Assembly: GCA_905178155.1 (NCBI GenBank)
Contig: CAJINV010000001.1
Span: 5,243,994 to 5,307,993, forward strand
DNA length: 64,000 nucleotides
Direction of reading: 5' to 3'
From: Amoebophrya sp. A120
Lineage: Eukaryota; Protista; Dinoflagellata
Part shown: positions 1-12,244 of the stretch, in pieces
Position numbering within the stretch: the first letter of the stretch is position 1
How the letters are laid out: each line of letters starts with the position of its first letter
Translations under genes and position numbers: made by a program
Notes under the pieces: model-generated
Seen by the model: the letters and a program-made list of their open reading frames with translations, nothing else
Databases searched by the model: none
Told to the model about the DNA's origin: nothing

Positions 1-55
1 TCGTCTTTCACTTTTCTTTCAGAAAAGGTTGGTAAAGATCAAAACCTAAAAATTG

Positions 56-982
56 CTACCACTCAGCAGGTCGAAGAAAAGCAATATAGTGTCCATACCA
101 AATCACCATCGTGACGAAGTAAGCGTAGTTGTCTGCATTAGCGAACTGCTCCCGCCGTGTCAGTGTCTCGATGGGGCGCTGGTTCATCAAACCGTCCGCA
201 TACTCGATGTCATCCGTTCCCAGCACCGCGTGGGTCCCCTCGTGGATCAGAATCAGCGTCTGCGGCTGCTTGGCCAGGTTCCAGACGTCTGGGTCGTAGA
301 CAACCCCGGATACTGGCATTTCGGCCATGTTTTTCATGACCCACACACTGAACGGGCCCTTGTGCCACGCAAACTGCGGCCGCATCGTGTAGGTGTAGGT
401 GTAAGCCAGCGCCTGCGCGTTTTCCGGGTTGTAGCCCGGGCGCAGCTTCAACCCAACCGAGGGAGTTTCCCTGTCCCCGGAAGGGCGGAGCACTTCGGCC
501 AGACGCTGCAGATTCTGAGACAGCTCGTGCCAATGTGAGTCGGCATCTATGGAGAACAGTCGGTAGGCATGCCGTTCCACGCTCGCAAGCACCTGGGCGG
601 CGAAATGTTCGTGAACACCGAGAATGGTGCGTCGCTGGTGCGCCCGCGCTTCCACCGCGTCCGCCACCAGCGAGGTCTGCAATCCAGCGTGCTTCAGAAC
701 CACGTTCCACAAGTCGGCAGTGTCGTGCGCAAACATCTTCTTTTCGTGCTCCTGCTGCCCGTTCAAGGTGAGGTCGTTCGCATCCTTTCGCATGCGCCCG
801 TCCGGGCTCGGTGGCGTCCAGTGGTCCTCGTTTCTGCGCATGTCCACGTTGTCCGTTTGGCTGCTCACCAGGTCCAGGTAGCTGCGGGCCGCAACGTCGT
901 GCACCAGCAGAACCACTGTGGTCAGCGTCCACACTGGTGCTGACCACCAGCCACTGCGCAAGCCGGTGAAAAAAGCTCTCAT
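56..982 (-). CDS. Secreted M35/aspzincin (lysine-specific metalloendopeptidase-like) zinc protease, paralog 1; probably spliced to further exons beyond the left window edge
   Basis: Hydrophobic N-terminus (TLTTVVLLVHDVAA). Zincin motif LIHEGTHAVLGTDD (HExxH + GTxD) followed by NADNYAYF. A GT donor after VIW (TG|gtatgg) sits at the same position as in paralogs 2 and 3. Confidence 0.85.
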   Translation of the reverse strand: MRAFFTGLRSGWWSAPVWTLTTVVLLVHDVAARSYLDLVSSQTDNVDMRRNEDHWTPPSPDGRMRKDANDLTLNGQQEHEKKMFAHDTADLWNVVLKHAGLQTSLVADAVEARAHQRRTILGVHEHFAAQVLASVERHAYRLFSIDADSHWHELSQNLQRLAEVLRPSGDRETPSVGLKLRPGYNPENAQALAYTYTYTMRPQFAWHKGPFSVWVMKNMAEMPVSGVVYDPDVWNLAKQPQTLILIHEGTHAVLGTDDIEYADGLMNQRPIETLTRREQFANADNYAYFVTMVIWYGHYIAFLRPAEW

Positions 983-1150
983 CCCTCTGTCTCAGCCCGG
1001 CGAGTGAGGCTGTCAATCTTTTTTCCGTCCGTGCCAGCAGCAACTTCTCCACCTTTCTCGGGTATTTACAAAAAATGTTGAGCTTTGTTATTTTGTAACT
1101 TTGGAATGCGAAAGTGAAGAAAATGCTGCTCCTATGCAAAGCTCTTCTAA

Positions 1151-1199
1151 TCGTTGACAACTGTTTCCGGTTTTAAATAGTCGTTGACAACTGTTTCCG
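1151..1199. repeat. 19-bp direct repeat (tcgttgacaactgtttccg x2) upstream of M35 paralog 1
   Basis: Identical copies at 1151-1169 and 1181-1199. Confidence 0.8.
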
Positions 1200-2353
1200 A
1201 AAGGATGAAATCAAAACCCGAAGTAGAAGACAGCAACACAAACCGTAAAAGGCTGCGGCTTTCATTCCATAGATATTTATACACTTACACAAGCGCTGTT
1301 GCATTAAGAGTAAAGCCAACAGGCCTGCTTGCAATTTCTGGGGCTCATTCTAATTGCTGTTCAGCATTCGGAACCACCTAGAGTCGCGTATATACGCACC
1401 AACTCGAACGGGGCGCGCTCGTCGTGTTTCACAGCAAGGATCACAGCAGAACATGCAAAGAGGATCTGCTTGCAACACACGAGAGGTTCGAGATTCCTCG
1501 GAAAAGAAGATCTGTGGACCAGACGAGGAAATAATGCTTACACCGAGCACGGTCTTCGATGCTGATCTTTCCTTTCCGCCAGCGTCTGCGACCGCAACGT
1601 CTGCGAGCGTCACTTAATGCGAATGAAAGATGAAGACTCCGACAACGAAACATCGTGAAACAGGATCAGTGATCGCCTCTTCGCAAAGTTCTCGTGATCA
1701 TCTCGATGGAGATCTGTTGGTACCGTCATCACGAAGGATCAGCATTCTGTTTCGACCCTTGGTCGGCAGAAGTACTAGGAAGAAGCTGATCGAAATCATG
1801 CAAGCCGCAAGCGTGCGGTGGCGAAAATTCCAGCAACGCGACTACGCAAGTCTCGTCCTTTTGGAAAATGCGACGGCTGCATCGTGATGCTTCCCGCCCC
1901 TGCCGCTAGCTGCAAAAACGCGGGACATTGGTTTTTAGTCTAGTGCTTTATATACGAGAACCACAGTCGCTATCAGGGAACGTTGACCTAGCGCTGACCA
2001 CTTGCATTCTTCGTCACAGATTTGGTTCTCTTTCCAAATATCACGGGCGGATTACGTGAGTAGTATACTTACATACAGTATGTAAAGTCCTCTACTGCGA
2101 AAATGCGATCGTACACCAGAATTTAGAATTGAATTGAAATTTCCAGACGTGAAGCTAGTCTGGAAAGAAAGTTGAACCGTTGCAAACACCTGCTCGTCGA
2201 GCAGGCCTGCTCATCCCAGAAATTCAAGGCTGCTACGCGTGCCGACATGCGGCGAGCTCGAGGAAAACCCCTTCACCAGAGCGTCGCTGCTCGCACGTCG
2301 TACTCCGGAAAAAAACCCGTCAAGTGACTCCTTACAGCTCTTCCGCTGACCTC

Positions 2354-4861
2354 TTACTGCGCATCCGGATCTCGACGGGTCTCCCACTTCATACAGAGGA
2401 ACCGCAGTAGCTTGATCGAGTCGTCGATGTGGTGGTCAAGCTCGTAGGTGATTCCGTGCTGCTATGCAATGCAAACATGTCTGGGTCTGAAGAGGTGCAA
2501 ACCTGTATTAATGCAGCTAGGTTCGGATCACACAAAGCCGTGTGTTGCGTCGGGTGCCAAAAGCTTTCCCTTTCTTGCCGCGCAAGGAACAAGTTTCTCA
2601 TGCTGTACAGGCATCGTCAAGCCTCCGCAAAACCTGTAATCCTTTTGGGTGCACTTCTTCAGGTGGACATTTATTGATTTTTGTGAATGTGATAGAAAAG
2701 ACGGCCAGTCATCCAGACCCAGACACATTTGCATTTGATAGCTGCCTCTGATGCCGAATTTCTCGTGGTTGCAGCGCATACGGAACAGCTGTATAAATTT
2801 CAATTTGAGGGTGCCGAAACTTTGAAAATAATCGGATTTCAACCTCCTACCGTCTAGATGAAATGAAATAAATATTGTGCCACAAGAAAGCTCTACGTAG
2901 TTTTGTTACGAAAACAAAACACAAGAAAGCTCGACGTAGTTTTGTTACGAAAACAAAAATGAAGTCGCGCAGTGCTGTACGTGGGAAGTCCATCGCTTTC
3001 ACGTCCTTCGGCGACCTTTTCGTGCAGGTGTCTGGGTGAAGCCAGTCCCTGATCTGAGTGGCAAACATTTGCTGCGTCGCTCGGGACTCGACTTCGGTTT
3101 CAAAGCTCTTGTTTGGCATATCGAAGATAAACTTCCCATCGCTCTTGGTCCGTAGTTCGATCGTGTCTGCCTTGTTGGCGTACTCCGCGTATCAAATGCA
3201 AACACGCGTTGGCCTAGAAGACCGCACTGTTCATACAAGCTAGGTAGAGGCCGCTTCATACACAAAGTTCAAGACACGAGGTTCATCAGACGACAACTAC
3301 TAGGCGCAGCTACCAACACATCTTTGCATTTGGTACCGGATCGTCCGGGTTGCTTCGCCGGATCAGATCCCTGAAAAAAAAGTAATTCATCGCTGAAGAA
3401 GACAGACTGGGTGCTCGCATCTGTTCCTTAAGACTAGGATAAGCAGTTTCCGTTTGCGATAGCCGCATGCGCATGCGGATGCACTGGCCTGATTTGTATC
3501 TTTATATATATTGGCGCAACGTCCTCAACGAAATGTTTTCGCAGGTGCCATGCAGAAGAAAAAATTGGCGGATCCACCATCATCTGTAGAATGAACTAGA
3601 GGCAAGAAAAAAAGTGTAAAAAAAAACAATACTCCACAACGGATTCCACAAAATAAGCCCAGTTGTCAGCATTGCTGAACTGCTCCGCGCGATTGAGTTG
3701 CTGCGGGATCACAAAAATACGCCCTTTCTGCCAGCACTGTGTAAAGACGCTGCAAATAATTTTTGCTGTCCCCTCTTCAATGTGAGCTGTGGCCTGATGC
3801 GACTTTTCATGCCTTTATTCCTGAGCGATAGCATTTTAACTTTTACCGGCGATCGACGAGCCTAATAAATTACAATTAGCTGCTCTGCCTCTGAGTGCGT
3901 TCCTCAACTGTGCCAGCTCGTAGCTCGCTTCACTATTCGTATTCCTTTACCTTTCGCTTTTATTTCGCTCTCACATGACATGGACCACGACATCATGGTG
4001 GACGTACAAAAATCTAAAACAGCAATCTGGGTTCTACAATATGCTGCAAAAAAAACCTCAAGCAATTCTTATCATATCGAGAGGCGACTGGTCCAGCCAT
4101 CCGCGGGAATATTTGTGGTCCTCGCAATTCAGAACGCAGTGCGCTGCTTCGTGAATAAGAATCATCGTCTGGCTCTGCCGTCTTTTTGCCCAGGCGCGAG
4201 GATCATAATTTGCCCCCGAAACGACCAAATCAGCCATGCTCTGCATGATCCACACACTGTAGGGCCCGTCAGCAGTTACATGCTTTTGATAAGTGCAGTA
4301 GCGGTAAGTATACGCGATCCAATTCTTCCCTTCGGGGTTGTACCCTGGACGCAGCTTCAGGCGGTAGTCGCCGTTCCCCGTCTTGCGGCACATACTCTGG
4401 GTAAGCTTCTCGACGTCTACCTTCAACTTCTGCCAGTGTTCCGTAGACTCAACCCGAAAAAGGCGCGCCGCGTGCCTTCGCACGCTCTCCTCGAGAATGC
4501 GAAAGTGCTTGTCTGCCACACCCACCACGGCCCGGCGACCGTCTACAATGGCTGCGACCACGTCCGACACCAGCTCCGCGTGCATGGATGCGTGCTTCAG
4601 AATCACGTTCCACAGATGCTCGGTGTTGTAGGCGAACTTGGCCCGCTCTTCCTCGTGTTGCCCGTCGAGGGTAAGGCCCTTGTGGTTTCCCCCGCCAAAG
4701 AACCCCTGTGCCTCAGCCGCAGCTTGCTCCTTGCCTTCGAGGTCAATGTCCTCGGGCTGGTCGTCGATCAGATCTAGATAATTCGCCCAAGCCACTTCGA
4801 TCGTCTGCAGACTGCACAGCCAGGCAGCGTGCAACAGGAGTCGTCGAGCGCAGTGCCTCAT
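2354..4861 (-). CDS. Secreted M35/aspzincin metallopeptidase, paralog 2, multi-exon, with an unknown C-terminal domain
   Basis: Exon 4861-~4075 has a signal peptide and LIHEAAHCVLNCED. Exon from 3700 reads QLNRAEQFSNADNWAYFVESVV. Exon ~3190-2985 reads GKFIFDMPNKSFE...IRDWLHPDTCTKRSPKDVKAMDFP. The last exon reads ...DDSIKLLRFLCMKWETRRDPDAQ with its stop at 2354. Each of these exons has a counterpart in paralog 3. Confidence 0.75.
2881..2958. repeat. 39-bp tandem duplication (2 copies, 1 mismatch) inside an intron
   Basis: cacaagaaagctc(t/g)acgtagttttgttacgaaaacaaaa at 2881-2919 and 2920-2958. Confidence 0.9.
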
Positions 4862-5775
4862 GTTGACGGCTATGACACTTGTCTTCCTAGCTGCAAGACG
4901 AACGAGGCACGCGCGCGAATCAAACGCTCAGAAGCTCTTGTGTAGCACTCCCGAGTTGCTACGCAGCTGCGCTCCGCCGGACCCCGCGAAGTTCCACTTT
5001 TAGTACTTACGTGAGATGTCGAAGAAATCAACGTAGTGCCCGTTGTTTTTGTGCAGCCTACATGTAGTCCCACGTTTGCTCGATAGTTTTCGTTTTCGAT
5101 AAAACCAACTGTACTATTAGAGGCATGTGCGGAAGAGAGGAACAAGTTTGCTGGTCGTCGTGTGCGAAAAAGTCATTGTTTAAAGATCCCATGATCGCAG
5201 TCCTTGCTACGCAAGGTCGAAATTGAGAAACCACCATGGATACGTCCACAAGGAGCCAGTATGGATCCAAGTTGAAGTGTCGCGATCTGCTGCGTTCAGA
5301 CCTGCTCGGGATCACTGTAGTACTTACTCGAAAGATCGATCGGATCGCAATGTGACCACACCACGACGTAGATCCAAATCCTTCAGAGCAGACACCTTCC
5401 TTCACACAAGTAGATTACTTCACAGTGCAGCCACGGCTCGGAAAAACGAAGCTTCTATCTCGGTTCTATGTCATCCATCGTTCGGCTTTCAAAAGTCATA
5501 TACCAGAAAGAGGCCACCCAAAAAACCAATAGCCCATTCCTTCTCTGCTGGAGCCCTTATGGTGGCGGCTGGAAGTAATACTCGTATTTCAGCACCAATC
5601 ACGCTGCAGTCAGACGAGTTTACGAAGTGAAAATCGTACATGTTTTTTTAGTATCGATCATCTTTGAAATATCCAGCTCGCAGGGGCCGGAGAAGCACAT
5701 CAAGTCCAGGATATTGAATTTCAAATCGCCACCGCGAATTTCGGTAGTCAACATCCTCACGCCAAGACAGGAAGG

Positions 5776-8700
5776 TCAAGACAAACCTCGACTAGGTTCC
5801 AGCTTCGGTGGAATGGCCGCTTGCGCGTGCTTTCCCAAGTCGTAAATTTTGACCGTTGGGAGCGGTTGACTCGTGGCGCTATGCAGCCACAGCGGTTCGT
5901 GTTCGGCCTTGACCTGTCCGCCGCTCCCCACGTGAACCAGCTGCACTTGCCACCAGGTCGCCAGCGCCTGCTCTACGGCGGCGTTGTTGCGGAAGACGTG
6001 GCCCTGGTCTGATCCCATAGACGCGCTCCCGGGATCCTGGAACTTTTCCAGAAATCGCTGCACCAAAAGTTTGTCCTCCGGCGTCAGCGGGTCGCCCTCG
6101 TCCTCCTCGTCCGTCGCGGCACCTTCACCCGGAATAAGCGCTACACTGGCAGCACCGCCGAAACCGGCGATCCTTGCTCCACTTTCTGGTAAAGAACTGG
6201 AAGATCGCGATCGGCTGGACGATGAAACACCGGCAGCGCCTGTGCGATGCTTGTGTCCGAACAAATTGATCTCCGGCGAGTTGTCCTCGGCAATGGGTGA
6301 CCCTCCCGGACCACAGCAGCAAAAGTCGCTTCCGAGCGTCTGGCTACCAGGGGTACTTCCACTTGGTAGCACCATTCCTTGTTCCTTCGAAACGGCGGTC
6401 CGCGCAAGAACCCCCTCAGCTCTTGGCTTGCCCGCGTACGGTTTGCTGTCGGCGTCCATTTGCACAGGTTCTGAAATGCTTCTGGAAACGGCCACAGACC
6501 CGCGCGCCGGGCCGTACGAGCAATCCGCCTGGAATTTCGTTGACCGGGCCACACCAGTGGTCTTGCTGCTGGGAAGATCCGGAAGCCGCAAATCCCCCTA
6601 TGCAGTGGGAACGAAACTATGAGTATCTCTTACTCCTCGTCCGCAAAACCGCCCGTCGCTTTCGTTGGTCCATGAGAGCGACAGTCACGGACACGGGCTT
6701 TTACGTTAAACGAGCAAACTGCTCTATCAGCCGTACAAAAAAGAACCTGGAACTGTCGTTTCTAAATCGACAGCGACAGGGAGACGCTACTCAGTACTCA
6801 GGAATTACACAAGAAAATAAATCAATAGGACTTGGAGCGACAATCAGCCTATTTCACGTTCACGTCGATAACATTCCGGTGCCCTCAATAATGCCGATAA
6901 GATAATCCGAGAAAACGTCGTACAGTCGCATCTCGTCTTCGTTCTTTCGTCGCAAATTGTAGCTGTCCCGATCTCGGAGCCAGTCGACCAGACCTTGATG
7001 CATGCTTCTCCCGTCACGAGGCAGGCTTTCGGGTCTTCCATTCGCTCCACCCAGTGCCAAGTCTTTATTGTTTTTGATTGTAGAATCTGGTGCTGGTCAG
7101 GCTCAGAAATCACGTACCTACAGAAGTATCATAATCATTTTTCGAAAGCTGCAGCAGCATTGCTTTTTGTTCGTGACCATGAGTGCCAAAACCCATCAAG
7201 TGAGTGTCTGATCGTCCAAGCGGAACGAGATGAAGGGAAGAAGTAGCAGACCCTTGCTTTTACTTAGCTTACCAAACAAAAACAAAAATCTAGAGCATAC
7301 CGCCTGTAAAGTGCAACATCCGCAAGGCCTCGTGCCACGAGTTGAAGTAGCAGTTACCCCCGTTCGATCCACAGTCGACGGCCCAACCACCATCCGCCCA
7401 ACGATGCGGTTGCGAAGTATGCGGTGCGGGAACGAACTGACACTCCTCCACGTCACGCGGGTGATTATACCGCGCCGAATTACCAGCGGCAGCGTTGGCT
7501 GATCTTCGTCCTCGGCTTCCGGCGGCCGCAAATGGTTGTGAGATTCCTGAGTTTGAGCAGGAGATCCCTCCGGGGGCAGCGTCCGCAGAAGATCCCTGAC
7601 GTGTTCCTGCTCCAGCAGGAGGGTGCAGCTGATCCTGAGCAAATACCAATCCTGCAGAACTCTGCCCTCTCGGCGGCAGAACGGCCCGTTTCGGTTGGAA
7701 ACGGTCCGTCGCCCGGTCCATCGCGCACCCGCTCTGCGGAAAGACAAGAGCAAGACACCGGAACAGCCTCATCCTTGCCCCTCCTACTTCTCCTCGGCTG
7801 TGGCTGCTGCGCAAGGTACTTACCAGGAAGCTGCTGTCTGCCACAAGTGAGCGCTCAGATAAATCTCCTGCGTGTATGCTGGTTGGGCCCGTGGGGTATC
7901 GTGCGCAACCAACGACCTGGGCTGCGAAATAGGGAGAGATGTAGGGTATTACAGAAATGGCCCACTACTTTTGATACTACGTCCCCGTATCTTATGCTGC
8001 GATCGGGGTGCGGTAACTTTATTTTCCAAATTACAGTGTGCGTGTGGACATTATGAAGGGAAACAACAACAGTAATATCAAGTGACGAAGAACGTGAGCT
8101 CATGTGAAGTCAGGTTGATTCATCGCTCTTTATTTTTCTTTTCGTGGTTTTCTGCTCGAGTTGGTCGAGGTTGCAGTTGCATTCCATTTGCTTAAAAACG
8201 CGCTCAATTACAGATGCAGGAGAAATAAACGACGATCGGGGCGAAAAAATTGAGATCCAGATCGCGGAACTACATCGACTCTTTCGATGAAAAACAGTCA
8301 ACGAGAACTCGATCCAGACCAAACAACACCTGTCACAAGATCCTGCCTTGGAAAACGTGAACGGATCTTTTGGCATTACAAAGTATCGGATCTCCTTTTC
8401 TTATGGAGAACCTCTGAAGCGAGACCGCCTGAAAGCGAATCGGATCCTTTTGAGCGCTTCCGCCAATAACACTGCTCAACGCGAACGCAGTATGGTCTGC
8501 TACTATTTTCTCATCCCCAGTTCTCCTTTCTCAGAAAAATCTCTGAAGCTGATTTTCTATCTCCTCCCGAGTAGGCTTCGGTTCAATGGCTCTGTGAAAC
8601 TGCTCACCAGAACCGAAAGAATGTCATTTCGACAGGACCAGGAGAGCGCACACAGCATCTTTTTGACCGTCATTGTACACATTTTAGACTGGCCGCCCTA

Positions 8701-8925
8701 GCGTTGCCCCGCACCTGCACCGCAGGTCTTGATGCTTCCTGTGACGCTACAACCACTTGCATCGCCGCGCCGTTCACGTTGCTGCATTCCAGGCCCCCGG
8801 TCCCGTTTGTCATGCTGGAAATTCAAAGTCAAAAGATTCGGCCACCCCTGCACATGGGTCCAATATGGAAAAAAAAACCTGATCCCGATCCTACTCCTAG
8901 GTGGGAGCCATGCAACGCCAAACAA
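5776..8925 (-). CDS. Hypothetical multi-exon protein (exon structure unresolved)
   Basis: GC-rich coding-like blocks at 5776-6591, 6860-7060, 7200-7840 and 8700-8900, separated by AT-richer spacers. Weak motif echoes of the 16-19 kb gene (VRDLL; GDP..LT..DK). Confidence 0.35.
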
Positions 8926-9095
8926 TGCAGATGTTTATGTTTTGCTTATATGCCAACAAACGCCAACGTATATCCAGGTTGCTTTACATATTCGTACCTT
9001 CACTAAGAGAGCACGCAACAACTACATGCACAACCACACACAGTTTCCACAAGAGTGACGAGCAGCGGTCTCGGCTCCAGGAGCAGCGCTAGGAT

Positions 9096-12000
9096 TCATT
9101 TCCATGCCGTACCCGCCTCCGCGTCTTCGCGGTGGTTCCACTTCATCAGCTGTAGTCGCAGCAGGATGATCGCGTCCTGCACGTGGTAATCAAAGGGATA
9201 CTGTACACCGGCCCGCCGCATCTCTCGAGGCTGCAGCGGCCCAGGAATAGCTGTAGTGTCCAGGAGTTATTTTCGATTCTCATCTGTCTGCTGCTGCTCT
9301 CGCAGTGCCAACACGAAGGCATAGCTTCTAAGTAAGTACTTGCGTCACGTGATCATGTAAGTACTTAATCTTGCAGGACAAATATCAGACGAGGACGACT
9401 GAGAAGTACTTCTATCTTTAACACTGTACGGGTACCTATACACTGACTCGCTAGTAGCAAAACGTGATCAGGTGACTCTCTATACCTGGAAAATCCATTG
9501 ACTTTATGTCTCGGGGATGGCCACCGGTGCAAACCTTGGGGTTCAGATATTCCCGGACCAGTCGGCCGACGTTTGCCTGATCTGCGTTGCGATCACTTTC
9601 TCCTATCACACAAAAAAAACTCGAGTCAGGCACAACGAACTGTCGCACTGCAGCCAAGGACTGTGATATCGAATGAGGAGGAATACAAACAAACTTTGAT
9701 TTTTTTCTTTTCTTGCCATGCAACCATGGGTATTTCTATTTTCCAGCATCAGCGCAGCCACGTCCTCCTGCAATAGCATGCAGCTGCAGCTCTAACCTCT
9801 TGGAGGTTGGCCCTAGAGTTTTGGTGGAACGATGCATCAGAAGGAGGCTAGGGTGTCAGTAGCAGCGCACATCGTCTCGGGTCTGACTCTCATGTTGGCT
9901 ACCGTCTTCGTAGGTCTTGTTCGGGCGGTCAAACAAAAACCGACCCTGTTCGGTGGTATAGCAGTGAAAAAAATCCTCCCGGTTCCGGAACTCTGGATCG
10001 CTTTCATCACCCTCGCGGATAAGGTCCCTGTTATTCGAAATGGAGGTGATGTACAAAGATAAACAAGATTAGTCACTCAGTACAGAATTGCCCATCTAGA
10101 CAAAGGTTTGCATATCAAAATCAGACGAACAAAAGTCAATGTGAAGTCATCAGCAAGAGACAACGACAAGGAGAAAGGATAAAACGACGTACCAGACTAC
10201 GCTCTCGATGAAGTACGCGTAGCTGTCTGCGTTGCCCAATTGCTTCTTCTCAATCATTTATGACACGAAAACGCTGTCGTGTCACCAAATCTCGAATGAC
10301 ACGACCCGAATGAAGTGCTGAGCAGCGCGTTCCGTTCGCAGAAAATATTCTTGGTAGCTTGCTAGTAGTGGAAATTGCACAACCTGCTGCATCCGCAGAG
10401 AGACCACCGGAAACACGGCTACTACATGCAAAAAGAAAAGACCAATATATGCGCCTGTGTTGCATATTTCGCCACAATAGCACGTGCACATCTTTCGGAA
10501 ACACACAGCATGGCAAGTGTAGTTTAGTTTTCTCGTCTCTGTGGTAGCCACATACGAGTTCCCTTCTCTAGACGTCTCTGCTTGCCGAAGCCATCTGCGT
10601 ATTCCCAATCTTGTGTACTCAACGCTACGTGGGATGACTCGTGGATGAGCACCAGCACCTGGGATTCTCGACCTGCATTCCAAACTTTCTTGTCGTACAG
10701 GGCACCTGACACTTTGTAGTCCTGTTGCAGCTTCTCCATCACCCACACCGAGTAGGGCCCGCCCCCTTCGTCGGGCTTCGCAAGGTTATGCCCTTCGTCC
10801 ATGTAGTTGTAGGTGTAAGCAGTGTATGCAAATAAATAGAAAGTCTTTCACAATTGCGGACCTACTGGAAGATCGGCTCCAGGTTCATGATCTCAAATAG
10901 GAGAAGACAAATCTGATGATGATGGGGGGAAGCCTGCTCCGACAGCTACAACACCTCCTGCGTGCCGGCTGCAGCTAGAAAACCTACTGTGTACGACAAA
11001 TCGAAAAACAAAACGTCCATAATCATATCATCTCCATGCATAAATTTTGGGGTTTGAAAAGTCAAACTTAAAGTAGTGCGATTGTGATACAGTAATTTCT
11101 TTTCTTCATCGTACCGTCGCCTTTTGAACCAGTATCATAGCAAAATCTTGAAGCAAGCGTGTACCTACGACATCGCTGACGCGACTACAACTGGAGTAGC
11201 AAATGCTGTGCGTCTGCGTCATACACAAGTGCCGCAACTTAAAAAAGAAAAAACAAACGTCCATAACAAAAGGTCTGTAGAATACAGGCAGGCTTACAAA
11301 TTGGACTCAATGTCAATACAGCTTTCGACGGCATAATAGCAAGTCTCGACCATTCTATATTCGTGAGAACGCGCTAGTGTCGCAATGGTAACGCACTCCA
11401 GGTATCCGGCTGATAGGCTGTCCGTCCAACTTTAGCCCAGGCCGCAATTTAAGAAACGGCCCTCCCCCACCGTCCCGCTCGCCCAAAACTTGTGCCATCT
11501 TCTCGACATTGCCGGCCAGGGTAGGTCCGTTTGTGGCCGCGGCGCCACCCGCCTGAAAGTCCACGTCAAAAAGCCGCTTCGCATGCGCGTCCACAGATCG
11601 TAGCAGCACCTGCAGCAATTTATCGGAGACCCCCGGTATGGAACGGAGCTTCCCCGTGCGTACTGCAAGTCCGCTATCGCTCGAGCAACTGTCCCTGCTA
11701 GCGCCCTCTTTCTACAAAAGTTGACATCTTCGAAGTTACTGGAGCATTCGCAAGTTCATACATCACATAAGAAGGAACTGACTGCGCCTGCCTGGGCAAG
11801 AACAGAATCTGAATCTTTTTGCTTTTGATGCAACCTGCGATTTTTGCCAAGACACAGACATGAGAGGAGTCATGACTGAGGGTAAGTAGGTATGCGGGGA
11901 CAGTTTTCCTCACGATACACGTCTGCGACCAGCTCTGTGTGCCACTGTGCGTGCTTCAGAACGGTGGTCCACAGATACTCCATATTGTAAGCAAACTTTT

Positions 12001-12244
12001 TCAGTTCGGCGGGATCCCGCCCATTGAGCGACACAGCCGGAGGCCTAGCGAAGCCCATGCCCATTTTCTCGTCGCCTGATCGCGGCTTTCTGTTGTTGCT
12101 CCGAAACTCCATATCTGTGGGCTGTTGCCGGATGCGGTCCAGGTAGCCTGCGCGCCGTCGTCCAAGGCCCAAAGTCAAACTGGTCGTGAGTGGCACGAGT
12201 TGTTGCATGGCCAGGCAAACTACGAACCGAAGTACGCCCCGCAT
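9096..12244 (-). CDS. Secreted M35/aspzincin metallopeptidase, paralog 3, multi-exon
   Basis: Signal peptide MRGVLRFVVCLAMQQLVPLTTS. Exons include KFAYNMEYLWTTVLKHA, FLKLRPG, GPYSVWVM...LIHESSHVALSTQD, QLGNADSYAYFIESVVW (~10245-10190), GRFLFDRPNKTYE, VREYLNPKVCTGGHPRDIKSMDFP and DAIILLRLQLMKWNHRED. All are colinear with paralogs 1 and/or 2. Confidence 0.75.
11674..11918 (-). mobile_element. Degenerate TIR introner forming a GT-AG intron in M35 paralog 3
   Basis: 5' end gtatcgtgaggaaaactgtcccc versus reverse complement of the 3' end ctatcgctcgagcaactgtccct. Flanks are CGT/CGG. Removal gives ELVADV-GLAVRTGK, colinear with the intronless paralogs. Confidence 0.6.
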
